Assembly: GCA_963664745.2 (NCBI GenBank)
Contig: CAXXMC010000003.1
Location: 62,634-126,633, forward strand
Source: Phycisphaerae bacterium
GTDB lineage: Bacteria > Planctomycetota > Phycisphaerae > SM23-33
Reading direction: 5' to 3'
DNA length: 64,000 nucleotides
This document shows positions 9,314 through 18,959 of the stretch, in pieces (positions within the stretch are counted from its first letter, which is position 1; the number at the start of each line of letters is the position of its first letter). The notes beneath the pieces are model-generated. The model searched no databases. It saw only the letters and a program-made list of their open reading frames with translations, and was not told the DNA's origin. The translations under genes were made by a program, and so were the position numbers.

Positions 9314-9719
9314 GTTTTAGTTCCAGACCCAGCCTGGCTGAGTGTTTTAGTCGAGATCGATTTTTATACAAATACGATAGTTCCTTTATTTTACTCGACC
9401 AAATGGACAAATTACATCAGAAAAGTCGGTTAAGTTCCCCTTAGTGCGTTCGTAAATGGATTTTTGGCCGGTTTTTGGAGACATTTTGGCTGAATGGCAC
9501 GAATTTGAAGATTTGCTGATCTTTTGGGCACAAAATTCTCTTGCGAGACGGTTGTAAAACAGTATCATCTACGGTTCGCGAATTAGCTGCGAGGCAGCCA
9601 TTTTTGTGTGTGAAAAGGTTGTCGATCTCAGAAACCAGTGGATTGCACATCAGTTTGGTGCGGTTCATAAAGTACACTTTTTGGCCTTATGGGCCTGTAT
9701 TTGCAGGAGAAATGGATCT

Positions 9720-11762
9720 ATGCCAGCATCAAAACCTTCGGATATTCGCAATATTGTACTTCTTGGTCATGGCGGAGCGGGCAAGACTTCCCTCGGGGAA
9801 GCGATGCTTTTTGCAAAAAAGGTGACCACCAGGTTAGGTTCCGTAACGGAAGGCTCGAGCATTCTCGATTTTACCGATATTGAGAAGGAGCGTCAGCATT
9901 CGGTGGACCCGGCTTTGGCATTTATCGAGCACGCAGGCAAGACGATAAACATTATCGACGCCCCAGGCTATCCTGATTTCATCGGTGGTGCGATAACGTC
10001 CATTGGCGGTGCTGATACCGCGGTGATTGTGATTTCAGCCACAGCTGGTATCGAGGTCAACACTCGCAGGTTGTACAAGGCTGCCAAGGCAGCTGGCCTG
10101 CCGATCGCCTTCGTTATTACCAAGATTCACGGCGAAAATATCGACCTCCAGGAACTCATGCATTCCATTCACGAAACGTTCGGTTCGAATTGTCAGGACA
10201 TGAATCTGCCCGCGAACGGCGGAAAGGTTGTAATTGACTGCTTCGCCAATACAGAAGGTGACAGTGACTGGGGAAGCGTTGCAAAGGCCCATGAGAAACT
10301 CATCGAGAGCGTCATAGAAGCCGACGAGGAAATGATGGAGGCCTACCTGAGCGGCGAGGAAATTCCCCCAGCCAAACTTGCCAACGCCTTCGGAGCGGCT
10401 ATGGTGGTGGGCACGATCGTGCCCGTATTCTTCACATCTGCCCGGGATAATGTGGGCATTACGGAGTTCATGGATTCCGTAGCCAAGTATTTCCCAGCTC
10501 CAGGTATGGTAGCTGGCACACCGGTCAAGAACGGCATCGGTGAGGATGCAGAGGAAATTACTCTTGAAGCTGATCCCGCCAAGCCTTTCGTAGGCCAGGC
10601 GTTTAAAATCACGACCGACCCGTTTGTCGGCAAGCTGGCGTGGATTCGTATTCTCCAGGGCACGGTCAAGGGCGAAACCGTCTATCATTTGAAGGACGAA
10701 AAGAAGACCGCGAAAGTCGGCCATCTGTTCAAGGTTCAGGGCGGCAGCACGGTTGAAACCCCCCAGGCCGTTGCCGGTGATATCATCGCACTGGCGAAGG
10801 TTGAGGAAATCGGAGCCGGCGACGTGTTACATGCCGACGCTACCCCGATGTTCCGGGATGTTCCCGCTACCCCAACCCCCATGTATTCATTGGCTGTTAC
10901 GCCGAAGAGTCGTGGCGATGAGCAGAAAATTTCCGAAGCTCTCCACCGGCTGACTTCCGAAGATCCGACCTTCGTCTCAAGCAGGGACACGCAAACGAAT
11001 GAAACCGTCATCAGCGGTATCGGCGATCTTCATCTGCGAATGATCCTGACGAAGATGAAGACCCGATTCAATATCGAAGTCGACACCAAGCCGCCGAAGA
11101 TTCCGTACAAGGAAACCATTCTGGACAAGGCTGAGGGTCATCACCGTCACAAAAAGCAGACCGGCGGCGCAGGCCAGTTCGGCGAGGTCTATCTCCGGGT
11201 GGAACCGCTAGAACGCGGAGCTGGCTTTGAGTTTGTGAATGACCTGTTTGGCGAGTCGATTCCCAGGCAGTATCTACCAGCTATCGAAAAGGGCATTCAC
11301 GATGTTCTTGGAGTTGGTGCCATCGCGGGCTATCCCATGCAGGACATCAAGGTCAGCGTTTACGACGGAAAACATCATCCGGTTGACTCGAAGGAAGTCG
11401 CTTTCCGGTCAGCTGGCAAGTTTGCGTTCATTGACGCCGTCCAAAAGGCCAAGCCGGCCCTGCTGGAACCTATCGTAGATATGGAAATTACGGTTCCCGC
11501 CAACTTTATGGGCGATATTACCAGTGACCTCGCCGGCAGGCGGGGCAGAATCCATGGCCAGGACATGATGCCGGGCAATATCGCCATCATAAAAGCCCAA
11601 GCCCCGCTGGCGGAAGTTATGCAATACAACAGCCAGCTTCGCAGCATAACGGGTGGCCAGGGCAGCTATGCAATGGAACTCAGCCATTACGAACCGGTTC
11701 CCAGCAACGTGCAACAGCAGATTGTTGCTGCCAGCGAGAAGGCCAAGGAAGAAGATAAGTAG
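9720..11762 (+). CDS. Elongation factor G-like GTPase (EF-G2-type paralog)
   Basis: GHGGAGKT, DAPGYPDF, KKQTGGAGQFG, YDGKHHPVDS, LLEPI; start moved to the ATG after the GGAG RBS. Confidence 0.9.
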   Translation: MPASKPSDIRNIVLLGHGGAGKTSLGEAMLFAKKVTTRLGSVTEGSSILDFTDIEKERQHSVDPALAFIEHAGKTINIIDAPGYPDFIGGAITSIGGADTAVIVISATAGIEVNTRRLYKAAKAAGLPIAFVITKIHGENIDLQELMHSIHETFGSNCQDMNLPANGGKVVIDCFANTEGDSDWGSVAKAHEKLIESVIEADEEMMEAYLSGEEIPPAKLANAFGAAMVVGTIVPVFFTSARDNVGITEFMDSVAKYFPAPGMVAGTPVKNGIGEDAEEITLEADPAKPFVGQAFKITTDPFVGKLAWIRILQGTVKGETVYHLKDEKKTAKVGHLFKVQGGSTVETPQAVAGDIIALAKVEEIGAGDVLHADATPMFRDVPATPTPMYSLAVTPKSRGDEQKISEALHRLTSEDPTFVSSRDTQTNETVISGIGDLHLRMILTKMKTRFNIEVDTKPPKIPYKETILDKAEGHHRHKKQTGGAGQFGEVYLRVEPLERGAGFEFVNDLFGESIPRQYLPAIEKGIHDVLGVGAIAGYPMQDIKVSVYDGKHHPVDSKEVAFRSAGKFAFIDAVQKAKPALLEPIVDMEITVPANFMGDITSDLAGRRGRIHGQDMMPGNIAIIKAQAPLAEVMQYNSQLRSITGGQGSYAMELSHYEPVPSNVQQQIVAASEKAKEEDK

Positions 11763-11769
11763 TCGAATT

Positions 11770-11936
11770 TAAGGGTACCTCTAATAATTGCTTTTGAGTT
11801 GAGAGTAGAAGATTTACTCAGCTGGCAAGGAACGTAAAACAGGGCATATTTGTCGATATTCTCTGTTTTGCGTGACGCAGTCCAGCTGGGGGAAGATTCG
11901 CTCTCAGCCAAAATTGAATTTTTAAAGGTGCCCTTA
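11770..11936. mobile_element. Fold-back MITE-like element, subfamily B (TAAGGGTACCTCTAA ends), conserved core
   Basis: 167 bp; imperfect TIR; core GCAAGGAAC..GCATA..TATTC..TGACGCAG at 11825-11880. Confidence 0.8.
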
Positions 11937-11957
11937 AATAAATTCGATAAAAAAAGC

Positions 11958-11985
11958 TTGCCAGAACCTTTTAAAACATTACAAT
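11958..11985 (+). promoter_or_regulatory. Candidate sigma70 promoter for rpmB
   Basis: TTGCCA-16-TACAAT. Confidence 0.5.
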
Positions 11986-12102
11986 ACCCGACTCGCTTTT
12001 TTTGAGAAGGCGTTAATTGTTATTTTATGAATCAGGCCGAGATTTTATGGTTTCGGCTGAATAGAAACAGATATGCCGGCCCAGGCCGGCTTGGAGCTAA
12101 AA

Positions 12103-12363
12103 ATGCCACGTGTATGTCCATTAACAGGAAGGCGTACCTCATCCGGTGGATCAATCAGCCGGCGCGGTAAAGCCAAACGTCTCGGCGGTGTAGGTAAAAA
12201 AATCACCGGACGAACGAAACGTATGTTCAAAGCCAACATCCAACGCGTTCGTGCTGTCGTAGACGGCGAGGTGGTTCGTATCAATGTCTCAGCCAAGGCG
12301 ATCAGGGGCGGTATGATTCAAAAACCCGTCAAACGTACCTGGAAGGCTGAAGTCGAAGCATAA
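12103..12363 (+). CDS. rpmB: 50S ribosomal protein L28
   Basis: MPRVCPLTG...GGVGKKITGRTKRMFKANIQ. Confidence 0.93.
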   Translation: MPRVCPLTGRRTSSGGSISRRGKAKRLGGVGKKITGRTKRMFKANIQRVRAVVDGEVVRINVSAKAIRGGMIQKPVKRTWKAEVEA

Positions 12364-12462
12364 CAGCTCCCGCGAGAAGGAATTACAGCTGAATAAATGT
12401 CAGAGCTGGCTGGCGGTTTTTGGGACAGCTTTGAACTGCTGAAATTTTTTCAAACAGATATT

Positions 12463-12499
12463 AAAAAATCCCGTCGATTCGTTCGATGGGATTTTTTTT
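12463..12499. terminator. Bidirectional intrinsic terminator between rpmB and rpiB
   Basis: AAAAAATCCCGTCGA-loop-TCGATGGGATTTTTT between convergent genes. Confidence 0.8.
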
Positions 12500-12609
12500 A
12501 TTTTATATGGGAGGCTTGTCGAGGCTGTGTAAAACCGTTGATTCCCAGAATAAGTCCTGTGAATTTTCCGGCATTCATGCAAAACCGGAAATACACGTCT
12601 GCCAGGCGA

Positions 12610-13080
12610 TTACTCTTCGTCAAGTGATGTCGGGTCTATGCCCTTTTCGATACAGCCTATTTTCTCGACCCTGCGAGCATGTCGGCCTGCCGATTCGAAT
12701 TCCGTCTTCAGCCAGGTCGTGACGATTCGCCGCATCAGTTCTTCGCCGAGCACATCGCTGGCCAGGCAGAGGACATTCGCGTTATTGTGCCTGCGGGAAA
12801 GCTCAGCTGTGAGTTCGTCATGGCAGAGAGCTGCCCGGACGCCTGGGACCTTATTGCCGCAGATGCTCATTCCTATTCCGCTGCCGCAGATCAGAATTCC
12901 CCGTTGGGCCTTTCCCTCAGCTACGCTCTTGGCTGCAGGGTATGCGGTATCGGGATAGTCGCAACTCTTGGTGCTGTCGGTTCCCATGTCGATGGTTTCA
13001 TGGCCCAGTTCACTCAGGAACAGGGCTACCCTGTTTTTAGCAGCGTGACCGCGATGGTCTGAAGCAATTGCGACTTTCAT
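12610..13080 (-). CDS. rpiB: Ribose-5-phosphate isomerase B
   Basis: ASDHRG, DYPD, ICGSGIGMSI, RRHNNANVL, GRHARRV. Confidence 0.95.
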   Translation of the reverse strand: MKVAIASDHRGHAAKNRVALFLSELGHETIDMGTDSTKSCDYPDTAYPAAKSVAEGKAQRGILICGSGIGMSICGNKVPGVRAALCHDELTAELSRRHNNANVLCLASDVLGEELMRRIVTTWLKTEFESAGRHARRVEKIGCIEKGIDPTSLDEE

Positions 13081-13156
13081 GTCTCGTACCTTTTCTTAAA
13101 GTAGCACATACAGAACCGGCGTTTACGCAACGCCAGTCAAAATTTCTCAAACAAAC

Positions 13157-14278
13157 CTACAGTACTCCTTGAGCGATTCTTTCCGTAAGCGCCCGTTCAA
13201 TGTGTTCTGCGGTTTCATCATACACATTGATATTGCCGCCTATCGGATCGGGTATATCCTGCTGCTCATCAAGCATACAGATAAGCGGCGAGGAACTCCC
13301 AGCCAATTGTTTCGTCTCTTCCAGATGAAACTTAGTCATACAGAATATCAGATCACAGGATTTAATCAACTCGGAGGTTAATTTTTTACTGCGATGTCGA
13401 GAAATATCTGCACTTTTTGCCGTGGCGGCGTGGATAGCTTCAGGCGTGGCTTTGCTGCCCGGGCCTGCGAAAAGACCTGCGGAGATCACATCCACTCCAT
13501 TTTCGTGTAACTCACTTGCCTGACAGCCCATACGTTCAGCTATGAGTTTTTTTGCAAGCCCAGCTGCCAGGGGGCTTCTACAGGTATTCCCCGTACAAAC
13601 GAAGGCGATTTTACGTTTCATACATTTCGTGAGCATTCTTTCGTCCCAAACTCCTTTTCTGACAAGTTCCCATTCATTGCCCCGGAATCTGACGATACTG
13701 CTGTTTTTGCTGAACTTGGCCTGGCCGCTGTCGATCAGCAGATCGATCTTGCCGTTGAGGGCATGGAGAACCTCATCGCCGGTATGCGGGGCAGGCTCGC
13801 CTGCCAGGTTTGCGCTGGGGGCTACGACTGGGCCCTTCACCTGGGCGAGCATGGCACGGGCGACGGGTTCGTCGGGGCATCGCAGGCCTATGACGTTATC
13901 GAGCGTCAGCTCATCGTGTAATTCATTGAGGGCTTTGGTGGGGAATTCTCCGCAGGTTTCCAGGAGCAGCGTCACCGGCCCAGGCCAGATGCGATCCATC
14001 AGCCATTTCGCCCGCAGGGGGATATCGGCGACATATTCCGCGACCTGTTCGGAATCTGAAATATGTACGCTGAACGGAGCTGCCGGGCGGGACTTGAGTT
14101 CGCGCAACCTGTCCATGGTGTCCTTGTTGGTTGCAAGGGCAGCTATGCCGTAAACGGTTTCCGTGGCAAAACCCACCAGTTTGCCGGCCTGGAGCGCAGC
14201 GGCGCCCTCCGCAGCTGCTTCTGCTACCGACGGCGAAGAGTCGCTTGCTTCACGGACTGTTATTACTCTTGTATTCAT
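13157..14278 (-). CDS. TsaC/Sua5 threonylcarbamoyl-AMP synthase fused to a YwlE-like low-MW phosphatase
   Basis: ATETVYG, KSRP, WPGPVTL, PSANLAG; then FVCTGNTCRS and IPDPIGG. Confidence 0.88.
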   Translation of the reverse strand: MNTRVITVREASDSSPSVAEAAAEGAAALQAGKLVGFATETVYGIAALATNKDTMDRLRELKSRPAAPFSVHISDSEQVAEYVADIPLRAKWLMDRIWPGPVTLLLETCGEFPTKALNELHDELTLDNVIGLRCPDEPVARAMLAQVKGPVVAPSANLAGEPAPHTGDEVLHALNGKIDLLIDSGQAKFSKNSSIVRFRGNEWELVRKGVWDERMLTKCMKRKIAFVCTGNTCRSPLAAGLAKKLIAERMGCQASELHENGVDVISAGLFAGPGSKATPEAIHAATAKSADISRHRSKKLTSELIKSCDLIFCMTKFHLEETKQLAGSSSPLICMLDEQQDIPDPIGGNINVYDETAEHIERALTERIAQGVL

Positions 14279-15612
14279 GCCTGTTGTCCATTGCCTGGTT
14301 TTTCTACTGCCTCACAGGCCTGGTTTATCGTGGCTACTTCAACCTGCTCGCCTGTCTGCATGTCGCGGATTACGATTGCTTCAGGGTCCATAATAGTCAC
14401 GAGTGTGGGGATATTTTTCCGTCCGGCGTATGAGAACTGTTTTTTAACCGCCCCCGTGCCGGAATACAGGTCGACATTATGACCTGCCTTGCGCAGCCTG
14501 GCAGCCAGCTGTTGAGCAGAGGCTTTTAGCTCCGGTTCGCGAAAACCGACGAAAACGTCCGACTCCGATTTGCGTTCGAGCTTGATCAGGCCTTTTTTGC
14601 ACGCGATGTCGAACAGGCGAGTCACGCCGATCGAGCCGCCCACGCCGGGCAGCTTGAGCTTGGAAAAAGTCGAGACAAGGTCGTCATACCTTCCGCCGCT
14701 GGCGATACTGCCGAAAGATTCATACCCGGTCAGAAAAGTCTCGAAAACCACGCCCGAATAGTAGTCCAGCCCACGCACAATGCCAGGCTGAAATGACAGA
14801 AATTCCTCAGGAATCCCCAGATTGACCAGCGATCGCCAGGTTTCTTTGAGTTCCTCGAAAAATAGCAAGGCCTCTTCGTCATTGCCAACTATTTCAGCGA
14901 AACCTTCGGGCTGACCCGAGTATTGGAAGAGAGCTAGGATGGATTCCGCAGTGGAGTCATCGCCTCCAAGGACTTCCGCCAGCTCTGCCTGCGTAGCCTT
15001 TTGACCTATCTTGGTAAGTTTGTCGATAACGCGGAGAACGTCAGCTGTCTTTTCGCCGGCCACGCCCATCCGGGCCAGGAGAGTCTTGGCCAGGCGTATG
15101 TGGTTGATGTTGATGGTGAACTCGCCGATATCAAGTCTGCCCAGTGCGTCATAGAGTACTGCTATACATTCCGCGTCGGCGTGAATGTCCAGACTGTCCT
15201 GGCCTACTATATCGATATCAGCCTGGAAAAATCCCTGGAACCGCCCAGCCTGTGCACGCTCGCCGCGGAAACTGTAACCCACGTCGTATCGTTTGTATGG
15301 GAAAACGAGTTCACCAGCCTTCATCGCCACCCAATGGGCCAGCGAAACCGTGCGGTCGAAAGGCAAGGCCATGTCCGTCGGGGCGTCTTCCTGAAGCCTG
15401 CTTACGCCGAAAATCTGTTTGGCGATTCCGCCCTGGGCAAGCAGGACTTCTCGCAGCTCGAGTGGACGCGGAATGAGATTTGAGAACCCGTATTGCCGGA
15501 AGGCTGAGACAATCACGTCAAGCCAGCCCGAGAGGGCAACGTTCTCGGCTTCTGAATAATCCGCAAAGCCGCTAATGGCTCGCGGTTTGGTAATTTTCCT
15601 GATCGTCGTCAT
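14275..15612 (-). CDS. hisS: Histidine--tRNA ligase (divergent)
   Basis: FRGERAQAGRF, RGLDYYSG, GGRYD, GGSIGVTRL, C-terminal anticodon domain. Confidence 0.85.
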   Translation of the reverse strand: MTTIRKITKPRAISGFADYSEAENVALSGWLDVIVSAFRQYGFSNLIPRPLELREVLLAQGGIAKQIFGVSRLQEDAPTDMALPFDRTVSLAHWVAMKAGELVFPYKRYDVGYSFRGERAQAGRFQGFFQADIDIVGQDSLDIHADAECIAVLYDALGRLDIGEFTININHIRLAKTLLARMGVAGEKTADVLRVIDKLTKIGQKATQAELAEVLGGDDSTAESILALFQYSGQPEGFAEIVGNDEEALLFFEELKETWRSLVNLGIPEEFLSFQPGIVRGLDYYSGVVFETFLTGYESFGSIASGGRYDDLVSTFSKLKLPGVGGSIGVTRLFDIACKKGLIKLERKSESDVFVGFREPELKASAQQLAARLRKAGHNVDLYSGTGAVKKQFSYAGRKNIPTLVTIMDPEAIVIRDMQTGEQVEVATINQACEAVEKPGNGQQA

Positions 15613-15828
15613 AATAAAAACTCCTAAGGCGGAAAGTATACGCTAGAAAATTGCTAATTTCCAATTTTCAATTTCCAATTTCCAAATCACAGAATACGAA
15701 TTGTACGGATTCTTTTAATTTTGAAGACGGCAAAAAAGCAATCTGCCTGATCTGCAAAATCTGTAGAATACCCTTGAGGCATTTACTTCAAACTTCCCTC
15801 GTTAATTGAAATGAGTTTCCCTCGTGGC

Positions 15829-16377
15829 CTAATTCTCAAACTCATCCACGAGCGTCTGCAGGGCCTTGCGATGTCCCATTTTTGAGACGGTTCCCATGCG
15901 GTCGACGAGCAGTTTGCCTTCCAGGTGATCGCTTTCATGCTGGCAGAGACGTGCGTGCAGGCCTTGACAGGTTTGAGTGAAGACCAGGCCGTCCAGGCCC
16001 GTTGCTTCGATGGTCACTTTAGCGTAACGTTTGATTTTGGAAAAAATACCGGGAAAACTCAGACAGCCTTCTTCGCAGACATCAGCGCCTTCCATCTCTA
16101 TGATCTTCGGATTGATGTAAACGTGCAGGTCTTCCCGCTCGAAGGTCGGGCTGCCGATGAAGAGTCTGACCGTAATGCCCACCTGAGGGGCAGCCAGACC
16201 TACGCCGTTGGATTCAAACATAAGATCAGCCATCTTTTCCACCAGTGCCCGGACCTTTTCGTCGACCGTGTCAACGGGCGTGCAAATTTCCATCAGCCTG
16301 GGGTCGGGATACCTGATGACCTTTAGAGTTTCGATATCAGCTGAGATAATTTTTTCGTTAGATTTCATACATATCAT
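15829..16377 (-). CDS. def: Peptide deformylase
   Basis: GVGLAAPQVG, EGCLS, QHESDHLEG. Confidence 0.96.
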   Translation of the reverse strand: MICMKSNEKIISADIETLKVIRYPDPRLMEICTPVDTVDEKVRALVEKMADLMFESNGVGLAAPQVGITVRLFIGSPTFEREDLHVYINPKIIEMEGADVCEEGCLSFPGIFSKIKRYAKVTIEATGLDGLVFTQTCQGLHARLCQHESDHLEGKLLVDRMGTVSKMGHRKALQTLVDEFEN

Positions 16378-16497
16378 AATAGCTGACCGGGGCTGGTTAA
16401 ATCAAGTATTGACCTTGCCATTGGCGAAGATTGACAAATATTCTTTTCATTTTCCGTCTTTTTTCCCTATAATATGACATAATATGCCGATGCATAT

Positions 16498-16662
16498 TAA
16501 CAGTCCGTTGAAAAAGTAGGCCGTCGCCGAGATCGAGAGATTTTTTGTTCTGACAAGGAAGAAAACCAAGGTATATTTTGCGATATTCCGCAGGTTTTTT
16601 GACGCGGTCAGGGCAAAAAAGATCCGCTCGCAGGCAGGCATTAGTTTTTCAACGGACTGTTA
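16498..16662. mobile_element. Fold-back MITE-like element, subfamily C (TAACAGTCCGTTGAAAAA ends), conserved core
   Basis: 165 bp; perfect 18-bp TIR; core ACAAGGAAG..GTATA..TATTC..TGACGCGG at 16553-16607. Confidence 0.85.
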
Positions 16663-16765
16663 AGTAATGACGGAACTTATGATCCGGGCCGTTGACGAAA
16701 AACGCCTCTGAACCTTGCGTGGTATTTTTGAGACGATTTTCGACACCGGCCTGTGTGGAGTTTTT

Positions 16766-17503
16766 ATGGAAAAACAAGCCATTGTCGATTTGTGTCAGAA
16801 TATACTCAACTATGAATTCAAAGATGTATCCCTGCTTCACAAGGCCTTGACTCACGCATCGGTGGCTTCCACGCGACAGGACAGTAACGAAAGGCTGGAA
16901 TTCCTCGGCGACGCGGTTCTGGGCATGTGTATATGCTCAGCCTTGTATGAAGCCCACGACGATATGCTCGAAGGCGAGATGACCAAGATAAAATCAACCG
17001 TCGTTTCGCGTAAAACCTGTGCCCTGATCGTGCGGGAGCTGAAACTCGAGGAACTGCTCTTTCTCAGCGGCGACATGGCCAATCCAGCCATGATCCCGGA
17101 ATCGATCTGCGCAGGCCTGCTCGAATCGCTCATCGGTGCGATTTATATCGACGGCGGATACGAACCCGCTACGGAATTCATCATGCGGGTAATGCAGCCT
17201 TTCATAGACGAAGCCCTGGGCAACAGTCATCAGCAGAATTTCAAATCTGTTTTGCAGCAGCACGCGCAGAAGTTATCCTCCGCCACGCCGGAATATGTCC
17301 TGCTGGATGAGCAGGGGCCTGATCACAGCAAATGTTTCGAGATAGCCATTCGGATGGAAGGGCGGGATTTCCCCAGTGCGTGGGGCCGAAGCAAAAAGGA
17401 AGCCGAACAGGCTGCTGCCAAACGGGCACTCCAGGAATTGGGCCTGCTCGCTGAAGAACCGGATGAATTCGATGGCTACGATGAAGTTGGCCAGGATGAG
17501 TAG
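16766..17503 (+). CDS. rnc: Ribonuclease III
   Basis: NERLEFLGDAVL signature; dsRBD GRSKKEAEQAAA. Confidence 0.96.
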   Translation: MEKQAIVDLCQNILNYEFKDVSLLHKALTHASVASTRQDSNERLEFLGDAVLGMCICSALYEAHDDMLEGEMTKIKSTVVSRKTCALIVRELKLEELLFLSGDMANPAMIPESICAGLLESLIGAIYIDGGYEPATEFIMRVMQPFIDEALGNSHQQNFKSVLQQHAQKLSSATPEYVLLDEQGPDHSKCFEIAIRMEGRDFPSAWGRSKKEAEQAAAKRALQELGLLAEEPDEFDGYDEVGQDE

Positions 17504-17542
17504 TTGCTATCCATTATTGGAATTGATAAGAAATGTTAACTT

Positions 17543-17707
17543 TACTCAAACTGACCGTTTTTGATAACAAGATTAACGCAAATATAGTAGAATAAAAAAG
17601 TTAAAAATACTTGTCATACCCGCGCAAGCGGGAATCCAGAGTGTAAAAATAAAGCCCTGGATACCCGCTTTCGCGGGTATGACACAACGAATCGGTCAGT
17701 TTGAGTA
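17543..17707. mobile_element. 165-bp MITE (TACTCAAACTGACC TIR) carrying a GTCA-type REP, copy 1
   Basis: TIR TACTCAAACTGACC/GGTCAGTTTGAGTA; near-identical copy at 48456-48619. Confidence 0.85.
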
Positions 17708-17736
17708 CTTTATTTAACTGATAGGTATTATTTTAA

Positions 17737-18609
17737 ATGGGCATGCATAACAGGACATACTGGAGAGACGACAACTCAGGCCGATTCGGCGGGGGTGGTG
17801 GAAGTTACGGTGGTGGGGGAATGAGTATGGGTTTACCCAAACCGGGCCCAGCTGTGGGTGGTTTGCTGATAACCAATATCGTGATGTTTGTTATCCAGCA
17901 TATTGTCCCAGCCACGGATGTCTGGCTTACTGTTATTCCGGCTTACTGGTGGGAAGCCTGGCGGTATATCACTTTCCAGTTTCTCCACGGCAGTGTTTTT
18001 CACATTCTATTTAACATGATAGGCCTGTATTTTCTCGGCAATTACCTTGAACGGGCATGGGGCGCCAAGCGTTTCCTGACGTTTTATCTTGTTTGCGGCG
18101 CGTTTGCAGGGCTGACGCACGTTGTACTGACTTTCCTGTTCAATTGGAACCCGGATATCCCGTTGCTTGGTGCGTCTGGCGGAGTATATGCGGTAATTAT
18201 AGCGTGTGCCATTCTGTTTCCTGGCATTCAACTCATACTCATGTTTTTTCCCGTACCGATACGTTTTGCCGCGTTGCTGTTTTTTATTATATCTTTTCTG
18301 AGCCTGCTTTCCGGCGACGGAGGAGGGGTTTCGCACGCTGCCCACTTTGGCGGGATGGTTTTGGGCGGTGCGTGGGTCTGGCTGACGCCGAAAATTAAAC
18401 AAGCCTCAGCCGACGCCCAGGCCAAGGTTCAGCAGGGCGTCTGGGAAAAGAAAATGCGCAATGAGCAAGCCACCCGGGCTGAGATCGATAAAATCCTCGA
18501 TAAGATCAAACAAAAGGGTATCGGCAGCCTGTCCAATAAAGAGAAAAAAATCCTCCAGGACGCCACCGAACAACAACGACGCGAAGACGCGAGGATAAAC
18601 AAGCTCTAA
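17737..18609 (+). CDS. Rhomboid family intramembrane serine protease
   Basis: WR, HILFNM, GASGG, AHFGG; charged C-terminal tail. Confidence 0.92.
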   Translation: MGMHNRTYWRDDNSGRFGGGGGSYGGGGMSMGLPKPGPAVGGLLITNIVMFVIQHIVPATDVWLTVIPAYWWEAWRYITFQFLHGSVFHILFNMIGLYFLGNYLERAWGAKRFLTFYLVCGAFAGLTHVVLTFLFNWNPDIPLLGASGGVYAVIIACAILFPGIQLILMFFPVPIRFAALLFFIISFLSLLSGDGGGVSHAAHFGGMVLGGAWVWLTPKIKQASADAQAKVQQGVWEKKMRNEQATRAEIDKILDKIKQKGIGSLSNKEKKILQDATEQQRREDARINKL

Positions 18610-18710
18610 AAAAAGCATTAGGCATTAGAGGCAAGGCGTTAGGCAATAGGCAAACACGAGAACACTGATTCCACGGATTAAAGCGGATTGCTCGGATGTT
18701 TTTTTGATTT

Positions 18711-18830
18711 GTCACTCCCGTGAAAACGGGAATCCAAGTGATAGCATAGCATCGAAGGATATTGATTGTCGCGGGAGATAATTTCGCTGCGGTCGTACTG
18801 CCCTGGATGCCCGATCGAGTCGAGCATGAC
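18711..18830. repeat. GTCA-type REP-like palindrome (CCCGTGAAAACGGGAATCCA type)
   Basis: GTCAC..CATGAC ends with TCCA/TGGA pairing and internal hairpins. Confidence 0.65.
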
Positions 18831-18959
18831 AAAAAACGCAACGGCGTTATATAGCAGGGAGGCCTTTTTCTTCATTCTGAATCCCGACTTCTGAATTCTG
18901 ATTTCGTCATTCCTCATTTTTTGTTAAGATGTCCGTCTATTTTTTAGAGGAATTTTAAA

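Noticed and set aside
9606-9719. N-terminal extensions in the ORF track (EF-G, smc, UDP-GlcA decarboxylase, amidohydrolase, cold-shock protein and others)
   Set aside because: Downstream ATGs give family-typical N-termini, usually with an RBS, so the starts were trimmed.
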